The notes under the pieces were generated by a model. The model was given only the letters and a program-made list of their open reading frames with translations, had not been told where the DNA came from and did not search any database. From an uncultured Paludibacter sp. (GTDB taxonomy: Bacteria; Bacteroidota; Bacteroidia; Bacteroidales; Paludibacteraceae), in NCBI GenBank assembly GCA_964350125.1, contig CAYGJI010000004.1:3443-67442 (forward strand): DNA of 64,000 nt, in the 5' to 3' direction. Positions 28,363 through 38,648 of the stretch are shown piece after piece (position 1 is the stretch's first letter; the number at the start of each line of letters is the position of its first letter). A program made the position numbers and the translations under genes.

Positions 28363-30390
28363 ATGAAGAAAATTACTTTTTTATTCGTTTTGATTGCAGT
28401 GTTTTCATACACGAGAGCTGCTGTAATTCTTGATGAAACATTTGATTACTCAGTAACAAATCTGGCAACGGCTCCGGGCTGGACTGTTGCAGGAACCCTG
28501 ACAACCGGTACCGGACGTAATATCGTTACACCCGCTCTTACATACAGCAACTCTGGAGGTACTTATATTCTTTCGGGTGTAGGCAAAGCAATTCAAACTG
28601 ATGTAAATGCTTCAACCGGATACCTGCTTACCAGAAGTATTTCAACCATAAATAGTGGCGTTTTCTACTTCAGCTATTTATTTAGAGCTGGTGTAATTCA
28701 AACACAAACCGCAGTTGAAGTATTCGGTTTGGGTACCGGAACAAGCGCAGGCCCCCGCGTTTGGGTTGGTAAAACTGCAATTGCAGGAAACTGGAAATTC
28801 GGAATTACCCGTTCGAGCACAACCACTGCTGATGTTTCATGGAATACCCAGGAGTTTAATGATGTAAATGAAGTGGTTTTACTAGTAATTAAACACGATT
28901 TTTCAACCGGTGTTTCTTCTTTTTACATCAATCCAACGCTTAACGGAACTGAACCTGTTACTCCGGCAGCATCAAACAATAATGGAACTGTCAGGTCGAG
29001 TCTGAATAATTTATGGTTCAGAGCCAATGGCACTTCTATGTTTAATTACGCTGTGGGAGGTGCACGTTTATCGACCACCTGGGCTGAGGCTGTGCAGGCA
29101 GTATCAAATGCCCCGCAATTAACTGCTCCCGAAATTGGAACGGCAACCAATGTTGCTGCCGAAAGCTTTACAGCCAACTGGACTCCTGTGGCCAATGCAA
29201 CCGGATACATAATAAAGGTATATCAGGGTGCTACTGCAGCTGTTACAGTAAATGTTACCGGCCAGGCAACCTCAAGTCAGTTTGTTAAAGGTCTGTTGAC
29301 AAACACAACTTACACTTACAAAGTAATTGCCAAAGGTGATGGTACTACAAATTCCGATTCAGATGAATCGGTAGCTTCAAATCAGTTTACTACATTAGAA
29401 GGATTAAATTCGATTAATACCACATTCAATGATGGAACTTGGGGAACGCTGTTTACAATTGATAACCAACCGGCAGCTGGTGCTTTTCCAAGTTCATTTC
29501 AAAATGGTTTTGATTTGTTGAACACCTTCCTCTATGACATTTCAAGGGTTGATTCCCGTGGTGAAACAAAACAATACGGATTGAGAATGGACAGGATGTC
29601 GAACGGAGGCATGGTGGTATTGCCCACAGTTAAATCGTTGGAACAAATTGAAATTCATGCAATACCAGGAGGTGCTCCAAGAAGTTTTACCCTGAAAGAG
29701 TTGATAAGTGGTGTGTGGACAACCATTGGGACATACGAATTGACTTCTTCGGTTGATTATAAAGAATTTATCATTCCGTTGAGTCGCTCAGTACCTACAA
29801 AACTCAGAATCGAGAATGCCGGAACCGGCCAGGTCACTTTGTATCAGATCATTACACGTACAACGAATCCAGCTCTACTTGCTGCACCTGTTGTGGGTAA
29901 TGCTTCCGGAATTTCAGCAGTAGGATTTGCTGCCAACTGGTCGTCAGTGACCAACGCTACAGGATATAAAGTGAGAGTATATCAGGGCGTTGATTTGGTA
30001 AGTACAGTTGATGTTCCGGGCCAGTCCACAGAAAGTGTAGTTATTGGTGGCCTGACTCCCGAAATTACCTATACTTATAGGGTATTAGCTGTTGGTGATG
30101 GTTTCAGTGCTTATGCCGATTCGTATTTGTCGAATGCATCTCCATCGTTTGCCACTTCGGCACTTACTTCCTTGGATGCTGCACATGCAAAACTGCATTT
30201 GTTTGCCAACAGAGCAACTATCTACAGCAATATTCCGGGAACTATTGAAGTGTTCAGTCTGCAGGGTGCATCCATGCTGAAAACCACAATACAGAACGAA
30301 CTGAATACCGGTCTGAATACCGGAATGTATCTGGTTCGTTTCACTACAGTGGAAAATCGTATAGTGACAAGCAAAATCATTATTCAATAA
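28363..30390 (+). CDS. T9SS-secreted protein with an unknown N-domain and two Fn3 domains
   Basis: Two FxANWxxVxNATGY...TYTY(K/R)VxAxGDG repeats. CTD FSLQG...GMYLVRF...KIIIQ. Confidence 0.75.
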   Translation: MKKITFLFVLIAVFSYTRAAVILDETFDYSVTNLATAPGWTVAGTLTTGTGRNIVTPALTYSNSGGTYILSGVGKAIQTDVNASTGYLLTRSISTINSGVFYFSYLFRAGVIQTQTAVEVFGLGTGTSAGPRVWVGKTAIAGNWKFGITRSSTTTADVSWNTQEFNDVNEVVLLVIKHDFSTGVSSFYINPTLNGTEPVTPAASNNNGTVRSSLNNLWFRANGTSMFNYAVGGARLSTTWAEAVQAVSNAPQLTAPEIGTATNVAAESFTANWTPVANATGYIIKVYQGATAAVTVNVTGQATSSQFVKGLLTNTTYTYKVIAKGDGTTNSDSDESVASNQFTTLEGLNSINTTFNDGTWGTLFTIDNQPAAGAFPSSFQNGFDLLNTFLYDISRVDSRGETKQYGLRMDRMSNGGMVVLPTVKSLEQIEIHAIPGGAPRSFTLKELISGVWTTIGTYELTSSVDYKEFIIPLSRSVPTKLRIENAGTGQVTLYQIITRTTNPALLAAPVVGNASGISAVGFAANWSSVTNATGYKVRVYQGVDLVSTVDVPGQSTESVVIGGLTPEITYTYRVLAVGDGFSAYADSYLSNASPSFATSALTSLDAAHAKLHLFANRATIYSNIPGTIEVFSLQGASMLKTTIQNELNTGLNTGMYLVRFTTVENRIVTSKIIIQ

Positions 30391-30496
30391 TTTTTTAAAT
30401 TAAACCACATTAGTCGCATTAGATATTTAAGTTGAAATTCTTGAGAATGATTTCTGTTTTATATTCTTTTTATGTGACTAATGTGGTAAAATTACA

Positions 30497-31669
30497 ATGA
30501 AAACTCTAAGTGTTTTATTCTTGATAATTACTACTTCGGTTGTATTACATGCCCAGCCCCTGATTTGGAATGTTGGGAGCTTGAATAATGCCCGTAATAA
30601 TCAGAGCTCGGATGCTGTAAAACTGTTGTTGCGTGAAGCCGACAAGGAGTTGACTCAAACACTGATTACCGTTGTGGATAAGCAAATGACTCCCCCCGGC
30701 GGCGATAAGCACGACTACATGAGTATGGGTCGTTACTGGTGGCCGAATCCCAACACCAACGATGGTTTGCCCTATATTCGAAAAGATGGTGTGTCGAACC
30801 CTGAAATTGAAAAACTGGACCGCATACCTTTGGCGCAGATGACCCGCGGGATCAAGTTGTTGTCTTTGGCCTATTTTATCACTAAGGATGAAAAATATGC
30901 CACCAAAGCCGTCGACAATCTCCGGAAATGGTTTCTGGATCAGAAAACCCGCATGAATCCGCATCTGAATTACGGTCAGACTGTTCCCGGACATAACAAC
31001 GGAATGGGCAGAGGATTCGGCATTATCGACACCTACTCGTTTGTGGAAATGCTTGAAGGAGTTGAATTGCTGAAAACGTCGAAGAAATTCACTAAGAAAG
31101 ATCAGCAGGGTTTACATGATTGGTTTTGCGCATACCTCGACTGGATGCTCACTTCTCCCATCGGAAAAGAAGCATTTGAGGCCCCCAATAATCATGGTAC
31201 TGCTTTCGATGTGCAGGTGGTACGCTATGCCCTCTTTGTAGGTAAAGAGATGACAGCTCGAACATTTCTGGATGAATTTCCTGTCCGCAGGTTATTTGCC
31301 CAGATAGAACCAAATGGTTCACAGCCTCTCGAACTGGCCCGAACCACTGCGTTTGGATATTCGGTTTTCAATCTCGACCATATCATTGATATGTGTAGCA
31401 TCGGAAAAACACTGGGTTATGATTTGCTGAATGTACAATCCGCTGATGGTCGAAGTGTCATTAAAGCGGTCGAATTTCTGCTTCCTTTCGCCGGAAAAGC
31501 CGTTGCAGATTTTCCCTATCAACAAATACGCGACTGGGACAAAGTGCAACAGGAATATGCCCTGCTGCTTTACAGGGTCGATAAGTTTCTGCCAAAGCCG
31601 CTTTATGGCACATATTATAATCGTTTTGTCGGAACAAATGTAAAAAATATCAATTTAATAATTTACTGA
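30497..31669 (+). CDS. PL38-type alginate/glucuronan lyase (Alginate_lyase PF05426-like)
   Basis: DKHDYMSMGRYWWPNP, GLPYIRKDG, WFLDQKTRMNPHLNYGQ, NNHG and QPLELART. Confidence 0.85.
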   Translation: MKTLSVLFLIITTSVVLHAQPLIWNVGSLNNARNNQSSDAVKLLLREADKELTQTLITVVDKQMTPPGGDKHDYMSMGRYWWPNPNTNDGLPYIRKDGVSNPEIEKLDRIPLAQMTRGIKLLSLAYFITKDEKYATKAVDNLRKWFLDQKTRMNPHLNYGQTVPGHNNGMGRGFGIIDTYSFVEMLEGVELLKTSKKFTKKDQQGLHDWFCAYLDWMLTSPIGKEAFEAPNNHGTAFDVQVVRYALFVGKEMTARTFLDEFPVRRLFAQIEPNGSQPLELARTTAFGYSVFNLDHIIDMCSIGKTLGYDLLNVQSADGRSVIKAVEFLLPFAGKAVADFPYQQIRDWDKVQQEYALLLYRVDKFLPKPLYGTYYNRFVGTNVKNINLIIY

Positions 31670-31711
31670 ATTTTCAATTTTCAATTTTAAATCTCTTAAA
31701 AAGTTACACAT

Positions 31712-32797
31712 ATGAAAAAACAGATTTTACTTCTTATGGTTTCATTTTTTTCATTGGCATTAAATGCACAATTATTACTCAATGAAACTTTCAATTACAA
31801 TGCAACCAGACTTGCGAATTTGCCGGGAGACCCGGCTGCCAGTGCTACCAATAATTTAGTTCATGTATGGTACAATACCGGAAAAACAGCTGATTCTAAC
31901 TCTGCATCTATCTCCATCGACAATGAACCGCTTTATTACCAGGGTTACATTAACTCAGGGATAGGGAAATCGGCCAAAATTGATTGGGGTGGAAGTGGAG
32001 CAAATACCCGGGTGGACGTAATGAGGTTTATTCCCTTCGAAAACAGGATTTCGGCAGCCGGAAATGTTTTGTATTATTCCTTCCTTTTGAATGTTGAAAA
32101 TATACGGTCATTTTCAACCTCTGCCGGTGCAGATGCCAATGACTGGCGCGATGTTTTGTGTGTTACTGAAGGTGGTTCTGAAGTTCTGGGAAACTCATTC
32201 AGAGGAAGATTTTTTCTTCAGCAAGACATAGATGACCCCAATGTTATTCGTTACACAATCTCAAAAAATACCGCATTTACATCAAGTATTGTCCCCGATG
32301 CATTTGGAGTACTTAATGCCAGCCAAACGTATTTGATGGTGATTAAACAAACATTTACAGGTGCTGCAAATTGTAAAGTAGAAGTGATGCATAACCCCGT
32401 AATTGCGGGAACTGAACCATCAACAGGATGGATTAATGGTAGTGCTGCTGATGTGAATACATTTTCAGGAACATATGGCATTTCAATCAGAAGACGAAAT
32501 CTTGGCAGTACAGCAAAAGTTTTAATCGGAGGCTTACGCATAGCACGTACTTATGGCGAAGCGGTTGGCTTTACTTCAGGACTCAAGTCGCCTGTTGAAA
32601 CGAAAATTTTTGCTGAAAATAATACCATTGTTACTCCCGATGCAGGCAAATTAAGGGTTTACTCGCTCACAGGTACCGAACTTATTAACAGCTTTACCGA
32701 CGGACGTTACAAAAGCCGGCTAACTTCAGGGATGTATCTGGTACAATTTACCGATAAATCGGGTGCTTTTGCTTCAGCAAAGCTGATGATTCAGTAA
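31712..32797 (+). CDS. T9SS-secreted protein of unknown function, N-domain related to that of 28363-30390
   Basis: LLNETFNY vs ILDETFDY, YYSFL vs YFSYL, IGGLRIARTYGEAV vs VGGARLSTTWAEAV. CTD present. Confidence 0.7.
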   Translation: MKKQILLLMVSFFSLALNAQLLLNETFNYNATRLANLPGDPAASATNNLVHVWYNTGKTADSNSASISIDNEPLYYQGYINSGIGKSAKIDWGGSGANTRVDVMRFIPFENRISAAGNVLYYSFLLNVENIRSFSTSAGADANDWRDVLCVTEGGSEVLGNSFRGRFFLQQDIDDPNVIRYTISKNTAFTSSIVPDAFGVLNASQTYLMVIKQTFTGAANCKVEVMHNPVIAGTEPSTGWINGSAADVNTFSGTYGISIRRRNLGSTAKVLIGGLRIARTYGEAVGFTSGLKSPVETKIFAENNTIVTPDAGKLRVYSLTGTELINSFTDGRYKSRLTSGMYLVQFTDKSGAFASAKLMIQ

Positions 32798-32915
32798 TAC
32801 TGTTCTGTTTTAACTTTAACAGGTAGTAAAGGACACACAGTGACCTTTCATCTGTGGTTCTTAATGGCTTCGGAATGAAGTCGAGAGTGTACTTTACGCA
32901 TTTAAAATACATAGA

Positions 32916-34628
32916 ATGAAGTTGCTATTTCTCGTAATTTTACTGATTGTCAGCGTCTTATCAGCTTTTGCACGTAGGATAGAAGTAAGTACCGCTTCTG
33001 TAATTAATACGGGTAGCTGGTTGGCCGGTGATACCATTGTGCTCAAAAATGGCACATGGACGAATCAGGCTATTTCGCTTCGGGCTTTTGGTACTGCATC
33101 ACAACCCATAGTGCTTGAGGCTGAAACACCCGGACAGGTTATTTTTAATGGCTCATCGCGCGTGTCAATTTCCGGACAGCATGTTGTTGTGTCGGGCATA
33201 TATTTCAAAGATGGAACGCTTAGCGGTTCGCCTGTGGTCGAATTCAGAACGTCATCGTCAAATCTGGCCGAAAATTGCCGGCTAACCAACTGTGCCATTG
33301 TCAATTATAATCCGGCGCTAAACACGGTCGACAGCAAATGGGTTTCGCTTTATGGTAGAAATAACAGGGTCGATCATTGCAGTTTTGAAAATAAAAACAA
33401 TTCAGGCACCTTGCTCGTGGTTTGGCTTACAGCAGGGATTATTCCGGCGCATATTATCGAAAATAATTATTTCGGATACCGCAATCCGAATCTCGACAGC
33501 AATGGTAATGAGCTTAACGGACAGGAAATTATCCGCATTGGCGACAGCAATACTTCCATGCAATATGCCAACTGCATAGTAAGAAACAATTTCTTCGAAA
33601 AATGCAATGGAGAGATTGAAATTATCTCAAATAAATCCTGCGGAAATCTGTATTCGAACAATGTGTTTTTCGAATGCAAAGGTATGCTCACGCTCCGACA
33701 TGGCAATGATTGTACAGTTGAAGGAAATTATTTTTTTGGCAATGGAGTGTCAAACACTGGAGGAGTTCGCATCATCGGTGAAGATCACAAAGTTTTCAAC
33801 AATTATTTTCAGGACCTGAGAGGAACAAATTTCAGAGCAGCCCTGTGCGTTGTCAGGGGAATGCTCAACTCGGCTCTCAATGACTATTTCCAGGTGAAAA
33901 ATGCACAGGTGATGTTCAATACTTTTGTGAACTGCACCCAATCGTTCTGTATCAATTACAACAGCTCAACCTCTTACACCATGCCTCCCATTGGTACCGT
34001 CGTAGCTCATAATCATGTGTTCAATACCAATGCCAACAATACCAATGTGTTACTTTCACAGAATCATGCAAGTATTGATGTAACATGGAGAAATAATCTC
34101 ATGAATGCAGGGAGGTTTACGGGTTTTACATTCAATAACACCCAGATTGTCACCGGTCAAAATGCCCAAATGGTTCAGATAGCTGTTCCTTTTGCCATGA
34201 TGGAACCCGGTGCTACATCAGCCCTTTTGAATTACAAAACCACAGAGTTTGAAAATGTGCAAAACGATATACGTGGAAGGCAAAGAACTGCAGAAAAAAT
34301 GCCCGGTGCAAGTGAAGTTAACGGTACTGTAAGCCGCTTCATGCCTACCAGCACCAATACAGGAGCAACATTTCTTAATAATATCACCACTGTACACACT
34401 CCGGCATACAAAGTATTCCCCTTATGGTTGTCGGTTGCTCATGGCAATTTAAGTGTACGGGGCGGAAAATCAGGACTGCTACAGCTAATCGACTGTAAAG
34501 GAATTATCATGAAAGAAAGACAGGTTGGAAATGATGAACACTTTGAGAAAAGTCTGACTTCAGGAGCGTATATCCTACGGTTTGTTGCCGATAATGGTGA
34601 TGTTTTTACCCGCAAATTATTGATTTAA
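32916..34628 (+). CDS. PL6 alginate lyase (single beta-helix) with T9SS CTD
   Basis: NGQEIIRIGDS, EIEIISNKS, LRHG and TGGVRIIG. CTD ending TRKLLI. Confidence 0.9.
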   Translation: MKLLFLVILLIVSVLSAFARRIEVSTASVINTGSWLAGDTIVLKNGTWTNQAISLRAFGTASQPIVLEAETPGQVIFNGSSRVSISGQHVVVSGIYFKDGTLSGSPVVEFRTSSSNLAENCRLTNCAIVNYNPALNTVDSKWVSLYGRNNRVDHCSFENKNNSGTLLVVWLTAGIIPAHIIENNYFGYRNPNLDSNGNELNGQEIIRIGDSNTSMQYANCIVRNNFFEKCNGEIEIISNKSCGNLYSNNVFFECKGMLTLRHGNDCTVEGNYFFGNGVSNTGGVRIIGEDHKVFNNYFQDLRGTNFRAALCVVRGMLNSALNDYFQVKNAQVMFNTFVNCTQSFCINYNSSTSYTMPPIGTVVAHNHVFNTNANNTNVLLSQNHASIDVTWRNNLMNAGRFTGFTFNNTQIVTGQNAQMVQIAVPFAMMEPGATSALLNYKTTEFENVQNDIRGRQRTAEKMPGASEVNGTVSRFMPTSTNTGATFLNNITTVHTPAYKVFPLWLSVAHGNLSVRGGKSGLLQLIDCKGIIMKERQVGNDEHFEKSLTSGAYILRFVADNGDVFTRKLLI

Positions 34629-36851
34629 ATGAATATGATGGAAACAATGAGAAGAATATTTTTTGTAATTGGTTTTTTGTTTTTTTCTGCCGGTTTGATG
34701 TTGTATGCTTCACATCCGGGATTGTTTCTGACACCCAAAGGGGTGAAGGAAATCAGGTCATCTTTGGGAAAAATCCCGGCTTTTGACAAGTCGTATCAGG
34801 AGTTGAAGAAACTGGCTGATGAAGCTTTGTTGTCTGAAATTGTGGTGCCGAAACCCAAAGATGCCGGAGGCGGTTATACCCACGAAAAGCATAAAAAAAA
34901 TTATTATGAGATGAATGCCGCCGGTATCGTTTTTCAGATAACTAAAGATAAACGATATGCTGAGTTTGTAAAAAAAATGCTTTACAGGTATGCCGAAATG
35001 TATCCGGGACTTGAACTTCACCCGGTGATTCGTTCCAAAACCAGGGGCAAAATCTTCTGGCAAGCTTTGAACGAAGCAGTATGGTTGGTTCACACCTCTA
35101 TGGCTTACGATTGTATTTACGACCATCTTTCACGTAAAGACAGGCAGTTTATCGAAAAAAATCTCTTCTATCCAATGGCTGAATTTCTATCAAACGGCAA
35201 TCAGCCCAATTACGAGGTGTTTAACATGATGCACAATCATGGTACATGGGCAACTGCTGCAGTGGGCATGATTGGTTATGTCATGGGCGATAAAAATCTT
35301 ACACAGATGGCGCTTTACGGCTCCAATAAGGATGGAAAAACCGGCTTTATCCGCCAACTCGATTTTCTGTTTTCTCCAGACGGATATTTTACTGAAGGGC
35401 CTTATTATCAGCGTTATGCCATATGGCCATTCATGACTTTTGCGCAGGTGATACAAAACCAGCAACCCGAACTGAAAATTTTTGAGTACCGCGATGGTAT
35501 TCTGATGAAGGCTGTCGATATCCTGCTGCAGAGTTCCTATCAGGGTGAGTTGTTTTACCTCAACGATGCCCTGACTAAAACCTTCAAAACCCAGGAAATT
35601 GTGTATGCTGTCAATATCGCCTACAGTATCAACCCCGGCAATAAATCGCTGCTCGATATAGCTCGGTGGCAGGGCGATTTCGTTATTTCGGATGCCGGTA
35701 TTGCTACTGCCAAAGCCCTGTCCAAAGAGAAAAATGTGCCGGTGTATGGTTATCGTTCGTTGCTGATGCGCGACGGGCACGATGGTACCCAGGGTGGTAT
35801 CGCTATTTTCCGCTCGGGCTCCGATGATAAAGCTGCCTGTCTTACTTTCAAGGCAACTTCGCATGGCCTTTCGCACGGACACTACGATAAGCTCAGCATC
35901 ACCCTGCACGACAACGGACATCCCATCCTGACCGATTATGGCGCAGTGCGCTTCCTGAATATCGAACCAAAATTTGGTGGCCATTACACCAAAGAAAATT
36001 ACAGCTGGGCCATGCAAACCATCGCCCACAACACGGTTACTGTCGATAGTACCAGTCATTTCAATGCCGATATTAATGTTTCATCAGCGTATCATTCCGA
36101 AATACTTTACTGCGATTACAGTAATCCTGACCTGCAAATTGTTTCGGGTCGTGAAAAAAATGCAACACCTGGTGTCGAAATGCACCGCACTGTAAGCCTG
36201 CTTAAGTCACCCCTGTTTGACTATCCGGTAGTTATTGATGTGTTCAGACTGAAGTCGGAACAGCAGGAACGTACCTACGATTTACCTTTCTATTATCAGG
36301 GCCACATGATGTCGACCAATTTCGAATACAACAAACAAACCGAAATGCTGCTTCCTTTGGGTAAAGTTAATGGATATCAGCATTTATGGCTCGAAGCCAA
36401 AGGAAAATCACCAGGCGAAAATGCAGTTTTCAGTTGGTTTAAGGATAATCGTTTTTACAGCATCACTACACTAACCAACGAAAAATCGGAGATTTTGATG
36501 ACCCGTACAGGAGCCGGTGATCCACTGTTTAATCTCCGACAAGATCCTGCATTCATGATACGTCAGAAGGATGCAGGAAATCATACATTCGTTTCTGTTA
36601 TTGAACCGCACGGACTTTACGACATTAACAAGGAAGTGACTGTGGGGCATAGTAGTCGTATTCAATCAGTGAAATTGCTGAAAGATGACGAGCAACTCAC
36701 TATTGTTGTTATTCATACAGTTTCGGGTAAACAATTGCTTTACGCTCAGGTTAACAGCAGTTTTGGACCTGAAACCGGAAGGAGTTTTCAATATGATGGA
36801 CGAAAATACGAGTTTAAAGGAAATTATTTAATAACCGAAAAAGAAAAGTAA
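34629..36851 (+). CDS. PL17 exolytic oligoalginate lyase
   Basis: FWQALNEAVW, HNHGTW, EGPYYQRYA, HGHYDKL, DYGAVRF and AHNT. The start may be at 34647. Confidence 0.92.
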   Translation: MNMMETMRRIFFVIGFLFFSAGLMLYASHPGLFLTPKGVKEIRSSLGKIPAFDKSYQELKKLADEALLSEIVVPKPKDAGGGYTHEKHKKNYYEMNAAGIVFQITKDKRYAEFVKKMLYRYAEMYPGLELHPVIRSKTRGKIFWQALNEAVWLVHTSMAYDCIYDHLSRKDRQFIEKNLFYPMAEFLSNGNQPNYEVFNMMHNHGTWATAAVGMIGYVMGDKNLTQMALYGSNKDGKTGFIRQLDFLFSPDGYFTEGPYYQRYAIWPFMTFAQVIQNQQPELKIFEYRDGILMKAVDILLQSSYQGELFYLNDALTKTFKTQEIVYAVNIAYSINPGNKSLLDIARWQGDFVISDAGIATAKALSKEKNVPVYGYRSLLMRDGHDGTQGGIAIFRSGSDDKAACLTFKATSHGLSHGHYDKLSITLHDNGHPILTDYGAVRFLNIEPKFGGHYTKENYSWAMQTIAHNTVTVDSTSHFNADINVSSAYHSEILYCDYSNPDLQIVSGREKNATPGVEMHRTVSLLKSPLFDYPVVIDVFRLKSEQQERTYDLPFYYQGHMMSTNFEYNKQTEMLLPLGKVNGYQHLWLEAKGKSPGENAVFSWFKDNRFYSITTLTNEKSEILMTRTGAGDPLFNLRQDPAFMIRQKDAGNHTFVSVIEPHGLYDINKEVTVGHSSRIQSVKLLKDDEQLTIVVIHTVSGKQLLYAQVNSSFGPETGRSFQYDGRKYEFKGNYLITEKEK

Positions 36852-36867
36852 TTCAAACTAAGCAATT

Positions 36868-36960
36868 CTTTGTGATCCCTTGTGTATTCCTCTGTGAGCC
36901 TTTGTGTTACAGTTTTATAGTTGTACAAACGTTCACAAAGAAGGCACAAAAGACACAAAG
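36868..36960. repeat. Intergenic imperfect inverted repeat of CTTTGTG / CACAAAG modules (REP-like)
   Basis: Four TGTG-containing modules at 36868-36906 and three CACAAA modules at 36934-36960. Confidence 0.65.
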
Positions 36961-36990
36961 TAAGATAAAACAATAATTAAAACAAATACA

Positions 36991-37338
36991 ATGATGAAAA
37001 CAAGAAGTGCAAATTTTATGGTTGGGGCTGATATCCCGTGGGAACAGGTTGGCGAAGGTTTATCTCGTCAGATTTTAGGCTTCGACGGACAAATCATGCT
37101 TGTTAGGGTTAAATTTGAAAAAGGGGCCATCGGATATGTTCACGAACATTACCACTCACAATCGACCTATGTTGTTTCCGGACAGTTTGAGGTGATGATC
37201 AACGGAGAGAAGAAAATACTGAAATCCGGTGATGGCTTTTATGTGGAGCCCGACGCTCCTCATGGTGCGGTTTGTCTCGAAGATGGTGAATTAATAGATG
37301 TGTTTAGTCCGGTTCGTGCTGACTTCTTAAAAAAATAA
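36991..37338 (+). CDS. kdgF: KdgF cupin (linearises unsaturated uronate to DEH)
   Basis: RQILGFDGQIML, HEHYHSQSTYV, PHGAVCLEDG and DVFSPVRADFL, plus locus context. Confidence 0.88.
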   Translation: MMKTRSANFMVGADIPWEQVGEGLSRQILGFDGQIMLVRVKFEKGAIGYVHEHYHSQSTYVVSGQFEVMINGEKKILKSGDGFYVEPDAPHGAVCLEDGELIDVFSPVRADFLKK

Positions 37339-37342
37339 CTAT

Positions 37343-38611
37343 ATGAAAATAAAAGGATTAAGATGGTGGATAATTGGTTTGATTGCCGTAGCTACAGTAA
37401 TCAACTACATCGACCGGACGGCGCTGGCCATCATGTGGCCCAGCATTTCTGAGGATTTGGGTATGACCCATTCGGATTATGCCATTCTCCTCAATGTTTT
37501 TATGATTGCATATGCTATCGGGCAAACAGTTACCGGAAAGCTATTCGATAAAGTAGGAACCCGAATCGGGTTCGTTTTGTCGATCGGAATCTGGAGTTTG
37601 TCTACTGTATTGCATTCGATTGCCAGAGGAATATTTTCGTTCGGAATTTTCAGGGCTTCCTTAGGTGTAAGTGAAGCAGGTAACTGGCCGGGGGCAGCCA
37701 AAAGCAATGCCGAGTGGTTCCCGATAAAGGAGCGTGCCATAGCGCAGGGCATTTTCAATGCAGGGGCATCCATGGGTTCTGTAATTGCTCCTCCGTTGAT
37801 TGCCTTGTTGTGGGTGGCTTACGGATGGGAAATAACTTTTGTTGTGATTGGTAGTCTGGGCTTACTCTGGATTATTCCCTGGATGATTGTGAACAAGAAT
37901 GTGCCATCCAAACATCCATGGATTACTGACAAAGAACGTAGTTATATTGTTGAAGGACAGCATCAAAAGGAGCAATCAAATGCCAACAGCAAGGGCTTGT
38001 CAATCCGACAGATTCTATCGTTTAAAGCTGCCTGGTCAGTATTGATATCACGATTCTTCCTGGAGCCCATCTGGTGGTTATTTGTGGGTTGGATGCCGAT
38101 TTACTTAGCCGATGTGTATGGTTTTGATGTAAAACAAATCGGAATTTTTGCGTGGGTTCCCTATGTTGGCGCTGCCATTGGTAGTATATTGGGGGGAGGT
38201 TTCTCCGGAAGAATGATTGCCAATGGTGCATCCATTAACAAAGCCCGGAAAACTGCCATTCTGATTGGTGGAATCATCATGTTTACCGGATTGCTGGCTA
38301 CCATTTTTTATGCCGACACTGCGCTGAAGTTTGTGCTGATTGTGGCTTTTGTGTTATTCGGTTTCCAGTTTACCATTGGCAACATTCAAACACTCCCGAG
38401 CGACTTGTTTTATGGTAAGTCGGTTGGTTCGCTGGCCGGACTGGGTGGTACCGTTGGTGTATTCGCCGTAATCATTATGAACTTCCTGGTACCTGTGATA
38501 TCCAAAATATCATACACCCCGATATTTGTGATGATAGCCATATTTGTTCCTATGGGAATATTGTCGGTGTATTTGCTGGCACGCAACATTAAACCAGTTC
38601 AGGAGGATTAA
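37343..38611 (+). CDS. ExuT-like hexuronate MFS transporter
   Basis: LRWWII, INYIDR, EAGNWPGAAKSNAEWFP.KER and LPSD. Confidence 0.88.
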   Translation: MKIKGLRWWIIGLIAVATVINYIDRTALAIMWPSISEDLGMTHSDYAILLNVFMIAYAIGQTVTGKLFDKVGTRIGFVLSIGIWSLSTVLHSIARGIFSFGIFRASLGVSEAGNWPGAAKSNAEWFPIKERAIAQGIFNAGASMGSVIAPPLIALLWVAYGWEITFVVIGSLGLLWIIPWMIVNKNVPSKHPWITDKERSYIVEGQHQKEQSNANSKGLSIRQILSFKAAWSVLISRFFLEPIWWLFVGWMPIYLADVYGFDVKQIGIFAWVPYVGAAIGSILGGGFSGRMIANGASINKARKTAILIGGIIMFTGLLATIFYADTALKFVLIVAFVLFGFQFTIGNIQTLPSDLFYGKSVGSLAGLGGTVGVFAVIIMNFLVPVISKISYTPIFVMIAIFVPMGILSVYLLARNIKPVQED

Positions 38612-38648
38612 TCATTGAATGAATATATTGTATTTTAAAAAAAATAGT

